Of a DNA stretch of 64,000 bases, positions 48,761 through 59,200 are shown in pieces. The stretch lies in assembly GCA_964387845.1 (NCBI GenBank), contig CAYLXA010000001.1, positions 160,001 through 224,000 on the forward strand, written 5' to 3'. The position numbers and the translations under genes are program-made. The notes beneath the pieces are model-generated. The model was given only the letters and a program-made list of their open reading frames with translations. It searched no databases and was not told where the DNA came from. Every line of letters starts with the position of its first letter. Position 1 is the stretch's first letter. This DNA is from an uncultured bacterium (GTDB lineage: Bacteria; Omnitrophota; Omnitrophia; Omnitrophales; Abzuiibacteriaceae).

Positions 48761-50575
48761 ATGACAACCGCCGCAACGGACGATAATTTTTTGGCGAAAG
48801 GCGTCACATGGAATTTGGCCGACTTGTACGCTTCCCCGAATGATCCAAAGATTGAAAAAGATTTGAAGCTTGCCGAATCAAAATCGATTGATTTCGAAAA
48901 GAAATATAAACCGCTGTTCAAAAAAATTGCCGCTGATTTTCCGATTTCAGAACTTCTTTCCGATTACAAAGAAATTGTGACCCTGATGACTAAGCTCGGG
49001 GTTTACTCGCATCTGGCGTTTGCCGAACAAACCAACGCGCCCGGCATCGGCTCATTTCTGCAAAAAATCCGTGTCGCGCTCACCGACATCCAGTCTCACT
49101 TGCTTTTTTTTGACGTTTGTTGGAACCAGCTCGATCAAAAAACTGCGGAAATGCTCATGCAGAATCCGAAAGTAAAAGCCGACGTCCATTATCTTGAAAG
49201 AATGCGGGCTTTTGCACCTTACACACTAAGTGAAAACGAAGAAAAAATCATGGCCGTGAAATCCAATACCAGCGGCTCGGCTTTCTCGCGGTTGTTTGAT
49301 GAAATTATGAACAACATTCCGTTTTATATTGAAGAAAACGGAAAAAAGGTCAAAAAAAGCGAAGCCGAAGTGCTTTCGCTTTTTCATTCCAAGAACCGAG
49401 AAGAACGAAAACGCGCATCCGACAGTTTGGCGGAAGGCCTGAATGCCAACACGCACATCCTGACGTACATTTACAACATGATTTTGGCCGATCACCGCTC
49501 AAGCCTCAAAATCCGAAATTATAAACACCCGATGGATTCCATGAATTTGTCGAATGAAATCAGCTTTGAGATGGTTTCCAATTTAATCAAAACGGTCAAA
49601 AGCGCTTATCCGATTGCGCATCGTTATTACAATTTGAAAAGAAAATTGATCGGCCTGAGCGAACTTTACGATTATGACCGCTACGCGCCGATTGACACCG
49701 CCGAAGAAAAAATTGGCTTCGACAACTGCCAGAAAATCGTACTTTCGGGATATTATGAATTTTCTGAAGAAGTCGGAAAAATCGCAGAAGAATTCTTCAC
49801 AAAGCGCTGGATTGACGCCGAAATCCGGCAAGGCAAGCAAGGCGGCGGATTTTGCGCGCAAACAACACCCGACCTTCATCCCTATATTTTGGTCAATTAC
49901 ACCGGCAGCGCACGCGATGTGATGACCGTCGCGCACGAGCTCGGACACGGGCTTCATCAGTATTTGGCCGGAAAGCGTGTCGGAATCCTGCAGTCGGACG
50001 CGCCGCTTACGATGGCCGAAACGGCGTCTGTTTTTGGCGAAATGCTGATTTTTGAGAAAATCCTAAGTGCTGAAAAGGATCCTAAAAAGCGGCTTGCGCT
50101 CCTTTGCGGCAAAATCGACGATAACTTTGCGACGGTTTACCGACAGATTTGCATGACCGATTTTGAACTCATGAGCCACGAAACCGGTTTGAAACAAGGC
50201 GAGCTTTCAAGCGATCAGTTGAGTGACTTTTGGATCAAAGCTAACGCAGAATTTTACGGAAAAAGCGTCATTTTAACGGACAACTACCGCCACGGCTGGA
50301 AATACATTCCTCACTTCGTTCATTCGCCGTTTTACTGCTACGCTTATTCTTTCGCGCAGCTTTTCGTGCTGACTTTGTTCCAAAAATACAAACAAGATCA
50401 AAAGTCATTCATCCCGAAATATTTGGAAATGCTCTCACTCGGCGGGTCAAAAAAACCGGAAGAAATCGCGGACATTGCGGGATTAAATCTGAGCGATCCC
50501 AACTTTTTTAAAGCCGGCATTCAACTCTTGGACAAGCTGGTCAGCCAGGCCGAAGCGCTTGCCTCAGCGAATTGA
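48761..50575 (+). CDS. pepF: Oligoendopeptidase F (M3B)
   Basis: 604 aa with HELGHGLH zinc motif. Confidence 0.85.
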   Translation: MTTAATDDNFLAKGVTWNLADLYASPNDPKIEKDLKLAESKSIDFEKKYKPLFKKIAADFPISELLSDYKEIVTLMTKLGVYSHLAFAEQTNAPGIGSFLQKIRVALTDIQSHLLFFDVCWNQLDQKTAEMLMQNPKVKADVHYLERMRAFAPYTLSENEEKIMAVKSNTSGSAFSRLFDEIMNNIPFYIEENGKKVKKSEAEVLSLFHSKNREERKRASDSLAEGLNANTHILTYIYNMILADHRSSLKIRNYKHPMDSMNLSNEISFEMVSNLIKTVKSAYPIAHRYYNLKRKLIGLSELYDYDRYAPIDTAEEKIGFDNCQKIVLSGYYEFSEEVGKIAEEFFTKRWIDAEIRQGKQGGGFCAQTTPDLHPYILVNYTGSARDVMTVAHELGHGLHQYLAGKRVGILQSDAPLTMAETASVFGEMLIFEKILSAEKDPKKRLALLCGKIDDNFATVYRQICMTDFELMSHETGLKQGELSSDQLSDFWIKANAEFYGKSVILTDNYRHGWKYIPHFVHSPFYCYAYSFAQLFVLTLFQKYKQDQKSFIPKYLEMLSLGGSKKPEEIADIAGLNLSDPNFFKAGIQLLDKLVSQAEALASAN

Positions 50576-51025
50576 AGCAGAAACATTCTGTCCGATTATC
50601 ATCCGGTCGTCTTCGATATCCAAATCAAACTCTGCAAAATCGATAAACGCGTTTTCAATCGGAATCCCGACGGCCCTCTCATCATCTTCGGTCCATTCGC
50701 CGAGCGCTTTTAAAACCTCAACATCCGCTTCGATTTGAGATTCCAACGAAATGGTTTTCTGTAAAACTAACTTTTCGCTGGATGCCGGTGCTTGTGTCAA
50801 ATTCGGCCATTGCCAAATCAACAAGCCGGCTGCTAATACCAAAGCAACGCTGAACACAACAGCGCCGGTGCCGAATGCCGGCATTCCTCCTTTTGATTTC
50901 AGAATCTCCTTCTCAACGGAATCTGAAAAATGATGCAGCGTACTTTCGGGAACTTTCTGATCCCGAAACTGCTTCAGGTTTTTCATCCACGATTCGTCCA
51001 TCTGGTTAAATGAATCTTCTTTCAT
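50564..51025 (-). CDS. Putative anti-sigma factor (single-pass membrane protein)
   Basis: Immediately downstream of the ECF sigma with a 4-nt overlap. One central TM helix. Confidence 0.45.
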   Translation of the reverse strand: MKEDSFNQMDESWMKNLKQFRDQKVPESTLHHFSDSVEKEILKSKGGMPAFGTGAVVFSVALVLAAGLLIWQWPNLTQAPASSEKLVLQKTISLESQIEADVEVLKALGEWTEDDERAVGIPIENAFIDFAEFDLDIEDDRMIIGQNVSASIR

Positions 51026-51669
51026 AACCGCCCCCCTTCCATTTCCAATATTCCCGCCAACTTTTCACGCATTTTCTGTCCCGCCTGCCACAAATGCGCT
51101 TTCACGGCACCTTCACTCAATTCCATGCTTTCGGCAATTTCCAAAAGACTCAAACCTTCCAAATACCGGAGTGCAAATGCGCTGCGCTGTTGAAAAGGCA
51201 GGGTTTCAAGCGCCGCAAAGATCGCCGACTGAATTTCCTGATTCATGACTGTTCTTAATGCGCTTGGAGCCGAAGACGGCGCCTGATCAAGCGGGTTTGC
51301 CACTTCACCCTTCTCATTCGTGAAACTTGCCGCAATTGGCGGCTGTTTTTGTGCTCTCCGTTTCCGGAGAAAATCTTTGCAGCTATTCATCAAAATCCGG
51401 TACAGCCATGTCGAAAACTTGCTGCTGCCTTTAAACTGCGGAAGATTTTGGTACACTTTCACGAATGATTCTTGCGCCACATCGCGCGCATCTTCAAGAT
51501 TGCCCAGAAACGAAAATGCCGCGTGAACGGCGCGTTCTTGATGAGCCTTCACCAGCTCACCGAACGCTTTAACATCTCCGCCGCGTGCTTTTTCGATTAA
51601 TTCCTTTTCAATCGAAGCCTGCGTTTTAAGTTCTGGCATTCTTCTCTCTCCGGGCCTTCTTTTTTTCAA
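51022..51669 (-). CDS. RNA polymerase sigma factor, ECF subfamily
   Basis: Region 2 (ESFVKVYQNLPQF...WLYRILMN) and region 4 HTH (LSLLEIAESMELSEGAVKAHLWQA). The start may be the internal MPELK. Confidence 0.85.
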   Translation of the reverse strand: MKKRRPGERRMPELKTQASIEKELIEKARGGDVKAFGELVKAHQERAVHAAFSFLGNLEDARDVAQESFVKVYQNLPQFKGSSKFSTWLYRILMNSCKDFLRKRRAQKQPPIAASFTNEKGEVANPLDQAPSSAPSALRTVMNQEIQSAIFAALETLPFQQRSAFALRYLEGLSLLEIAESMELSEGAVKAHLWQAGQKMREKLAGILEMEGGRL

Positions 51670-52285
51670 AATGGTTATTCAAACGCGGATGATTTTCCTT
51701 AAATTGCCTGACCCGGTCAGGATTGTTTTGTTTCCATTCTGCGAACTGTTGCCGTTTTTCCCGTTTCATTTGTTCAAACTTTTCGGGATTTTCTTCCTTC
51801 ATCCTCTTCCACTCTTCGCGCTTTTGCTGCCATTTCTGCTGTTTCTCCGCAAATTTCGGATGTTCCTGTAAAAATTTCTGATAGCGTTCCGGATTTTCTG
51901 ATTTCCAGTGCTCGAACTTCGCGCGGCGCTCCTTCATCATTCCGCGGAATTTTTCCGGATTCTCCTCTTTTAATTGCTGGAGTTTTTCTTTCCGCTCGGA
52001 AATAAACTTTTCCTTCATTTGTTCGTATTTTTCAGGATCGCTCTGCTTCAAGTTTTCCATCCGCTGACGAATCCCGTCTTTACGCTCCAGCGCAAGCCGC
52101 TTGAATTCCTCCGGATTTTCTTCCCGGAGCTGTTTCCATTTTTGAATCCTGGCCTGGATTTCTTCCTGACTTAACTCAGATTGAGAACCAGTTTCGGCCG
52201 ACACGGGCGGCGCAAATAACCCGGCGGTAAAACCAATCAACATCACGAGCGGTATTGCAGCTTGTGTAAAATGTTTGCGATTCAT
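51626..52285 (-). CDS. Periplasmic repeat protein (Spy/CpxP-like or related) with ~6 periodic ENPE(K/R)(F/Y) repeats
   Basis: Signal peptide, then EENPEEFK / SDPEKYEQ / EENPEKFR / SENPERYQ / EENPEKFE / NNPDRVRQ at a spacing of roughly 20-25 aa. Confidence 0.5.
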   Translation of the reverse strand: MNRKHFTQAAIPLVMLIGFTAGLFAPPVSAETGSQSELSQEEIQARIQKWKQLREENPEEFKRLALERKDGIRQRMENLKQSDPEKYEQMKEKFISERKEKLQQLKEENPEKFRGMMKERRAKFEHWKSENPERYQKFLQEHPKFAEKQQKWQQKREEWKRMKEENPEKFEQMKREKRQQFAEWKQNNPDRVRQFKENHPRLNNHFEKKKARREKNART

Positions 52286-52426
52286 GGGTATCTCCTGTTT
52301 GCATTTTCTGATAAAAGTAAGCCTTTTTCAATCCTGCTAACTTAGACGCCAAACCGCTTAAAAGGTTTAACTGCAAATATTAGGTGTTTTGTGATAAGCT
52401 AGCCCCATATCAACAAGGAGAAAACA

Positions 52427-52939
52427 ATGGAACGTAAAGGTGAAATTACATTTAAAGGAAACCCACTAACCCTTTTAGGCAATACGCCCAAAGTCGGCGA
52501 TACGGCTCCGGATTTTACGGCCGTCAACGGTGCTTTGCAGCCTGCGAAATTGTCTGATTTTAAAGGCCAAACGGTCGTGATCAGTGCAGTCCCTTCGCTG
52601 GATACTCCAGTTTGTGAAATTCAAACCAAGAAATTCAATCAGGAAGCCGCGGGCCTCAACGCCAAAATCCTAACAGTCAGCATGGATTTGCCGTTTGCAC
52701 AAAAGCGGTTTTGCGATGCGCACAGCATTCAAAATGTTACGGTCGTTTCTGATTACAAAGACCACGATTTTGCGAATAAATACGGTCTCTTAATCAAGGA
52801 ACTCGGGCTCATTGCAAGAGCCGTTTTGGTTGTGAATTCCAAAGGCAAAATCACGCACGCGGAAATCGTTAAAGAAGTCACGCAGGAACCGAATTACGGA
52901 GCAGCGCTCGGCAAAGTTAAAGAAGCAGTCGCCGCTTAA
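52427..52939 (+). CDS. tpx: Thiol peroxidase (atypical 2-Cys peroxiredoxin)
   Basis: GNPLTLLGNTPKVGDTAPDF...SLDTPVCEIQT. Confidence 0.9.
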   Translation: MERKGEITFKGNPLTLLGNTPKVGDTAPDFTAVNGALQPAKLSDFKGQTVVISAVPSLDTPVCEIQTKKFNQEAAGLNAKILTVSMDLPFAQKRFCDAHSIQNVTVVSDYKDHDFANKYGLLIKELGLIARAVLVVNSKGKITHAEIVKEVTQEPNYGAALGKVKEAVAA

Positions 52940-52950
52940 GCTTTCAAAGC

Positions 52951-52987
52951 AAAAAACCCTTTCTCAAATCGAGAAAGGGTTTTTTGT
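52951..52987. terminator. Bidirectional rho-independent terminator between tpx (+) and orn (-)
   Basis: AAAAAACCCTTTCTC-aaatc-GAGAAAGGGTTTTTTG. An A-run sits on one side and a T-run on the other. Confidence 0.85.
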
Positions 52988-52989
52988 TT

Positions 52990-53538
52990 CTACTTAAAAT
53001 AAGTCTTTCGGTAAAATATCAACTCTTCAATCGATTCCCGGATATCGGTTAAAGAACGGTGAGATTCCTGCTTTTTGGGTAGGTCTTTATTCTTCGGATA
53101 CCAGCGTTTCACAAGTGTTTTGATGGTGCTCACATCAATATTTCTGTAATGAAAATAATCCGCAAGCTTCGGCATATACTTCATCAAAAATCGGCGATCA
53201 TGGTCGATTGAATTTCCGCACAGCGGCGATTTTTTCGGCAGACAGTATTTTTTGACAAATTTCAGAATAAGCGCTTCGGCTTTCTTGGTGCTGATTTTTG
53301 AAGCTTTCACGGCATCAATCAACCCCGATTGGCCGTGATGTTTTTGATTCCACGCGTCCATCTGCTTCAAAATCTTGGCCGGCTGATGAATCGCCAGATT
53401 TGGCCCCTCTTCGATGATATTTAAATCGGAATCCGTCACTATTGCGGCAATTTCGATAATCCTCTCTTTTTCAACATCAAGACCGGTCATCTCAAGGTCA
53501 ATCCACACAAAATGATCTGCGTTCTGTTTTTTCGTCAT
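52990..53538 (-). CDS. orn: Oligoribonuclease
   Basis: FVWIDLEMTGLDVEKERIIEIAAIVTD...CGNSIDHDRRFL...YFHYRNIDVSTIK. Confidence 0.95.
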   Translation of the reverse strand: MTKKQNADHFVWIDLEMTGLDVEKERIIEIAAIVTDSDLNIIEEGPNLAIHQPAKILKQMDAWNQKHHGQSGLIDAVKASKISTKKAEALILKFVKKYCLPKKSPLCGNSIDHDRRFLMKYMPKLADYFHYRNIDVSTIKTLVKRWYPKNKDLPKKQESHRSLTDIRESIEELIFYRKTYFK

Positions 53539-54122
53539 GACAATGCTTTCTGAATCAAAGCTTCCTCTCTGGGTTGATACGACAATGTTAATGCAATTTT
53601 CTGTGCTTCGGGCGTCATCTTTTTCCAGGTTTTGCGTAAAATGTCGACCATTTTAACGGGTTCTGTTTTTTCGGCAAGCTCCGAAAATTGAAATTCCAGG
53701 AACATAAGGCTCAGGGCATCTTCCAAAACCCGGCCTTCCGGATCTTTCGGAAAATTCTTTTTTAAAATTAAAGTTTTGACACGCTGGACAAAATCTTCCG
53801 GAAATCCGATTTCTTGAAGAACGGTTCCAACTTTCTCGGCATGAAACTTTTTCAAATCTTCACGCCATTTCAAATATCCGACGCGCGTCATTGGGTATGT
53901 ATTTCTCGGAATCGACCAACGTGCAATATGCTGGCCACGCGCCGCGATTAAAAGCGCTTCCGTCGCGTCAGGTTTTAATTTTTTGACCCAATCGGTCAAA
54001 CGCTCGGAATAAATAAGTTCCCGTGCTATTTTTTTCCCGTCTGCCAAATCCTGATTAGGATCTTTTGCGTTTTCCGCATCAATCAGCCGGATAGCTTTTT
54101 CAAATTTTGGATCACCTGTCAT
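53535..54122 (-). CDS. Hypothetical protein (possibly DUF4202-like)
   Basis: 195 aa, soluble. Overlaps orn and cyaY by 4 nt. Confidence 0.4.
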   Translation of the reverse strand: MTGDPKFEKAIRLIDAENAKDPNQDLADGKKIARELIYSERLTDWVKKLKPDATEALLIAARGQHIARWSIPRNTYPMTRVGYLKWREDLKKFHAEKVGTVLQEIGFPEDFVQRVKTLILKKNFPKDPEGRVLEDALSLMFLEFQFSELAEKTEPVKMVDILRKTWKKMTPEAQKIALTLSYQPREEALIQKALS

Positions 54123-54436
54123 GACAAACGAACGGGGTTGCCAATTTGACTGCTGATCAAACGCTCTAAATCCTGAAACAATTCGACGCCGCGCTTATCA
54201 CAAACCCATTTGCCGTCTTTCAGCACAAAATGCCATCCGCCGCCGGGCTCGGCAAGCCAAAGCTGATGAACCGGCGTTTGACGACTCACAATCAAAGGCG
54301 CGCCGTCCTCAATTTGAATCACGAGCTTTCCGTCTGAGAGCTCGGCCTCAACACGATCAAGCTCGAGTTTGTCCAAGATCGAAACAAGACAATGTAAAGT
54401 CTCGTCGACAATTTTTAAATATGCTTTGGTTTCCAT
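54119..54436 (-). CDS. cyaY: Iron donor protein CyaY (frataxin-like)
   Basis: 105 aa with VHQLWLAEPGGGWHF. Confidence 0.7.
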   Translation of the reverse strand: METKAYLKIVDETLHCLVSILDKLELDRVEAELSDGKLVIQIEDGAPLIVSRQTPVHQLWLAEPGGGWHFVLKDGKWVCDKRGVELFQDLERLISSQIGNPVRLS

Positions 54437-54443
54437 TCAACCG

Positions 54444-54791
54444 TTACAGCCGTTTTTCTATTTCTTTGATATTGTTAAGACAATTCTGCAACGCCGCATA
54501 CGAACCCTCCACATCCTTCGGGCTTGCATAAGACGGCCCGAGCGCGGAATAAATTTTGTAAGATTCTTCAAACATCTGCCCTGCCTTCATATAAAGCTGG
54601 ATTGCAAGTTCTAAACTGGCTCGATCTGGTGTCCCCGCCAGCGTTTTTTCGGCTTGCCGCACAAGCTCCTGCGCAGCCGTTGCGGTGCTGTTGGCATCAC
54701 TTAAGTACTGCGTCGGAGAATCTGCGAAAAGCAAAGTCGAAGACCACAAAACCGCACTGAACAACAATCCTATGCAAAATTTTTTTGTCAT
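54444..54791 (-). CDS. Small secreted hypothetical protein
   Basis: Signal peptide MTKKFCIGLLFSAVLWSSTLLFA. Confidence 0.45.
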   Translation of the reverse strand: MTKKFCIGLLFSAVLWSSTLLFADSPTQYLSDANSTATAAQELVRQAEKTLAGTPDRASLELAIQLYMKAGQMFEESYKIYSALGPSYASPKDVEGSYAALQNCLNNIKEIEKRL

Positions 54792-54946
54792 GAAAGTCTC
54801 CTATTTTATCTGCAAAAGTAAGCCGGTCATGGTATCGGGCCGATCAAAAATATTGGGCGAATATCGCATGAATTCGCAGGGCTTTCAACTGCTTTCCCGC
54901 GCCGCTAATTTTTTGAAAACTTCTCGTGCATGAATGCTCAAGATAG

Positions 54947-54955
54947 TGCTATAAT
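54947..54955 (+). promoter_or_regulatory. Extended -10 promoter element (TGcTATAAT) upstream of the SWIB-domain gene
   Basis: TGCTATAAT lies ~63 nt upstream of the ATG at 55018. AAGGAG RBS 8 nt before the start. No good -35. Confidence 0.5.
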
Positions 54956-55017
54956 GCCCCATATTAAAGTTTGCTGGTTTTAAACTAAGAATAATAACAA
55001 AACGAACTAAGGAGTAT

Positions 55018-55278
55018 GTGCCAATGGCAAAAGCAAATTCAGCGTTCATGAAACCTTTGACGGTTAGTTCTGAGCTCGCAACGGTTGTCGGAAAAGGTCC
55101 GATGGCCCGCAGTGAAGTAGTTAAGAAGCTCTGGGCATACATTAAGAAGAACAACCTTCAAGATGCAAAAAACAAACGGAATATTAATGCGGATGCCAAT
55201 TTGAAAGCAGTGTTCGGCGGCAAATCAGTCGTCAACATGTTTGAAATGACAAAGCTCGTTTCAAAGCATTTGTCATAA
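55018..55278 (+). CDS. SWIB/MDM2 domain protein
   Basis: ...ARSEVVKKLWAYIKKNNLQDAKNKRNINADANLKAVFGG... is typical of a SWIB domain. Confidence 0.8.
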   Translation: MPMAKANSAFMKPLTVSSELATVVGKGPMARSEVVKKLWAYIKKNNLQDAKNKRNINADANLKAVFGGKSVVNMFEMTKLVSKHLS

Positions 55279-55295
55279 ATTCGCCTTCTAAACGC

Positions 55296-55350
55296 AAAAC
55301 CGCACTCACCGGTACACATGCATTTCTACCAGTGAGTGCGGTTTTTTTCT
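55296..55350 (+). terminator. Rho-independent terminator after the SWIB gene
   Basis: AACCGCACTCACCGGT...ACCAGTGAGTGCGGTTTTTTTCT. Confidence 0.8.
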
Positions 55351-55448
55351 CTCACCCAGACTCATTTTCATTAAATAACCAATTTGATTGATAAAAAATG
55401 AGTCTGACCCCAATGCGTTGTTGGCAGCATTGGGGCTACCATTCAAAA

Positions 55449-55646
55449 TTAGCGAGCGCGCGGCGCTTTCCCTGCTAACTCAAATCCCTTGCGCTTCACA
55501 GCCTTTGCCATTCTTGCCAAGGCCTCGCCGGGCGAACGGCCTTCGGTTAGATTATTCATGCAAATTGCGGCAAACCCGCGCCGGTTCTTGATTTTAAAAA
55601 TGGATACACGGCCGGTTGAAAGCTTCTTTAAAATTTTCTTTGCCAT
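55449..55646 (-). CDS. Small basic hypothetical protein (65 aa)
   Basis: The ORF is followed on its own strand by the hairpin GGGGTCAGACTCATTTTTT. No family recognised. Confidence 0.3.
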   Translation of the reverse strand: MAKKILKKLSTGRVSIFKIKNRRGFAAICMNNLTEGRSPGEALARMAKAVKRKGFELAGKAPRAR

Positions 55647-55741
55647 AAAAACTCCTTTCTTTGAAAAGTAAGCCGGATTAACGTACTTAACTTAACGGAC
55701 TTTTGATTCAAAGTATTGAGAAAATTAAATCTGGAAAGGTG

Positions 55742-56212
55742 CTAGGAGAAAACTTTCGGAAAACCGACGCGTAAGTAGTAAATGAAATGGCATTCACAAA
55801 TCGAATCGGAATCGACGGTTTTGATAACCACGGATACCGGTAAATCAGCTTTTTTTGATTCCTTAAGCTGCGTCAAAGTTTTTTCAATGAGCAAAGGATC
55901 TGCCTTTGCTTCCGCGATTAATTCTTTCGAAGTTGCTTTCAAAAATGAGATATCGCCTTTTTTGGTGATCAGCAGATTTTCGGAAAGATTCAGGAAGGTT
56001 CCGCACAATGTTCCACCGGCAACTTCAGCCAGCGTAAAAAGCGAGCCGGCCTGATAAGTTTTAAAATGATTGAGAAGTCCTTGGGCCGGATTCATGGCGA
56101 GAGAAACAGAACCGTATTCAGCATGCTTTACACGGATTCCAAGCGGCCGGACAAACGGAATCCGGTCAATATAAGCTTGCAGTGATTCAAGTGTTAAGGA
56201 TGCGGGCTGCAT
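55742..56212 (-). CDS. Hotdog-fold thioesterase (PaaI/YiiD_C-like)
   Basis: ...SLFTLAEVAGGTLCG... plus 156-aa size. Confidence 0.55.
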   Translation of the reverse strand: MQPASLTLESLQAYIDRIPFVRPLGIRVKHAEYGSVSLAMNPAQGLLNHFKTYQAGSLFTLAEVAGGTLCGTFLNLSENLLITKKGDISFLKATSKELIAEAKADPLLIEKTLTQLKESKKADLPVSVVIKTVDSDSICECHFIYYLRVGFPKVFS

Positions 56213-56259
56213 GCGGCATTATTGCGCAAATTCGCTGTCTGTTGCAAGGGCAGAAATGA

Positions 56260-59200
56260 TCAATCGTACCAGTTCATGTTGAATTTCTGCTTGCAGTGTT
56301 CGCACATCCAAAACTGGCGCTTGCGCATTTTCAAGCTTGAACCATACAGCATCAGCGGAACGCCGATTAAGACGGGAAGCAAAATGCATCCTATGATGAT
56401 TAACATGCGAGCAGTCGTTGAACGTATGTTTTCGGTATGCAAAAGGTCGATTTGCCTGGTTGCCTTGTTACAGCTCGGACAGCGGATCATATCCGGAAGC
56501 CCCTCGCCTTTTGTATCTCCCAAAATTCCAAGCGATTCAACGGCGTTGGCGCGTACCGTCGCATCGGGATCTGCGAGCAATTGGATCAAACCGAATGCCG
56601 CACGCTTAACACCGATCCGGCCGAGTGCTTGTGAACATTTAGCACGTACACTGGGTGCGGTATGCGTCAAAAGTTCCATTAATGGATCAACCGCTCTTTG
56701 ATCACCAATTCTTCCAAGCGCCTCAGCCGCATTGGCTTGGATCGTAGAATCCGTTTCTGACAGAGCTTGAATGAGCGAATCGGCCGCGCGCTGGTCGCGG
56801 ATTCTGCCCAATGCTTCGGCTGATTTTGCGCGAACTTCGGAATCATAATCCTTAAGCGATTGGATCAACGGAAAGCAGGCTGCCGGATCGCCGATTTTTC
56901 CCAAAATTTCAGCTGCTTTTGCCCTTAACGTATAATCCGGCTCTTTCAAAGAAGGGATCAAATACGGCACAACCGCATCCCCGAGCAGCGCCAAGTAATG
57001 CGCAACTTTGTTTCGGACATTCGGATCCGGATCTCTCATGGCATCTACCAAGCAAATAATGGCTTTTTTGCCTCCGATTTTCCAGACTACTTCGAAAATT
57101 TTGATCCGCATATTGTTATCCGCATCTTTGGACGATTCAATAAGCCCGTCCAACGCCGAACCTCCGATAGCGCCCAAAGCCCATGCCGCTTTTGCCTGCA
57201 CCGTAAAATCCGGATCTTTTCGGAGAATTTTAATTAAAGGATCGACTGCATGCTTATCTTTAATTTCGCCCAGCACTTCCACAACTTTCCCGCGAACTGC
57301 TGCTTCCGAATCCTTCAATGCCTCAAGCAAGTACTGAACAGCAGAACTACCTAAGGCACCGACCGCTTCTCCGGCCTTCGCGCGGACCAAATGGTTTTCG
57401 TCTTTCATGGCAACCACGAGCGAGCGGATGGCTCTCTTGTCTTTTATTTTCCCCAGAACTTCGGCTGATTTAGCTCGGACACTGGCAGATTTATCGTCCA
57501 ATGTCTTAATTAGAGGCTCAACCGCACGCTTATCGGCAATCTTGCCAAGCGCATCCGCAACTCTTGTCCGGACCGTTTCCAATTCGCTTTCCAGCGTATC
57601 TACCAGCGGATGAACGGCACGTTTATCGCCAATTTCACCCAAGCCCTCAATCGCTCTCGACTGCACATTTTCATCGCCTGTTTTCAAAACATCAATCAGC
57701 GCGAATGTGGCGCGTTTATCGCCGATTTTGCCTAAGATTTGCGCTGCCTGAGCGCGCAGACGAAGATTTTCATGTGAAAGTGCTTTAATGAGCGGTTCGA
57801 CGGCACGCGGGCCAATGAGGGCCAACACCCAGCTTGCTTGATTACGGACGTGATGATTGGTATCTTTCAGTGCGTTAATGAGCGGCTCGATAGCCTTCGG
57901 ATCGCCAATTTGGCCCAAGTGCTCCGTTGCTTTGAGCCGTACTTTTGGATCACTGTCCTTGAGGGCCTGGATCAGAAGCGGGACCACATCTTTTTCGCCG
58001 ATTTTGCCAAGCGTTTCGGCTGCTTTCGCGCGCACTTCCTGATCCGGATCGCCCAAAATTTGGATCACGGGATAAATCGCTTCTTTATTGCCTATGCGCC
58101 CGAGCGCTTCGGCTGATTTTGCCCGGACAATCGCATCTTTATCTTGAAGTATTTTAATAAGCGGCAGCACGGCCTTCTGGGTATTAATTTTTCCGAGTGC
58201 TTCGGCCGATTTTCCGCGTACGTAACGGTTTTCATCCTTAAGCGATACGATCAAAATCTCTACCGTCGGCTCACCGATACTCACCAAAGCCGTAACGGCC
58301 GAATTCCGGACACGTTCATTTTTGTCTTTAAGCGCTTGTATGAGCGCGGGAATCGCAGGAACGCCGATTTCGGCAAGCGCCCAGGCTATTTCCTCCCGCA
58401 CGTTGTCGTTTTTATCGTTTAATGCCTGGATGAGCGGTTCGATTGCTTTCGCATCGCCAATGCGCCCCAAAAATTCAGCTGCTTTATAGCGCACGGTTGA
58501 GTGGCCGTCGTGCAATGCTTGCGCAAGCGGCATTTCGGCTTTTCGATCCGCGATTTTGCCGAGCGCTTCAACTGCTTTGGTGCGTACGTTTTCATTAGAA
58601 TCCCTGATCGCCCGAATCAAAAGTTCGACGGGACTGATTTCCTGCAGCTTTTTAAGCGCCTCCTCGGCTTTTGATTTCACCTCACCGCTTGAGCGCTTAA
58701 CTAATTGCGAAATGGGATCGATGGCCTGCTGATCGCAAATCTTACCGAGCGCTTCCACTGCCGCTGCTTGGACATTTGGATCCGAATCATTCAAAGACTG
58801 AATAAGTTGTGGAACTGATTTTTGATCGGCGATTTGGCCCAAAGCCTCGGCGGCTCTGGCACGCACAATCCCGTCGGCATCTTTTATTAACAGCTGCGTA
58901 AGCGGAAAGCTGACTTTGCGGTCGCCGATTTTTCCTAAAATTTCGGCGATTTTGGCACGGACAATCGGATCTTTGTCTTTGATGGATGCAACCAAAAGCC
59001 CCATCGCGCTTCTCCCGATATTCTGAAGAACGACCATCGACTCATGCCGCACCCAATCATTTTCATCATTTAAAACACGAATCAGCGAGCCGACTGCCGG
59101 CCCTTCAATCAGGCTGAGCGCCCAGGCAGCTTCTTTACGGACATTCTCATTAGTGTCCCGTAGAATTTCAATCAGGGGCGGTACGGCCAAAGCACCCATG

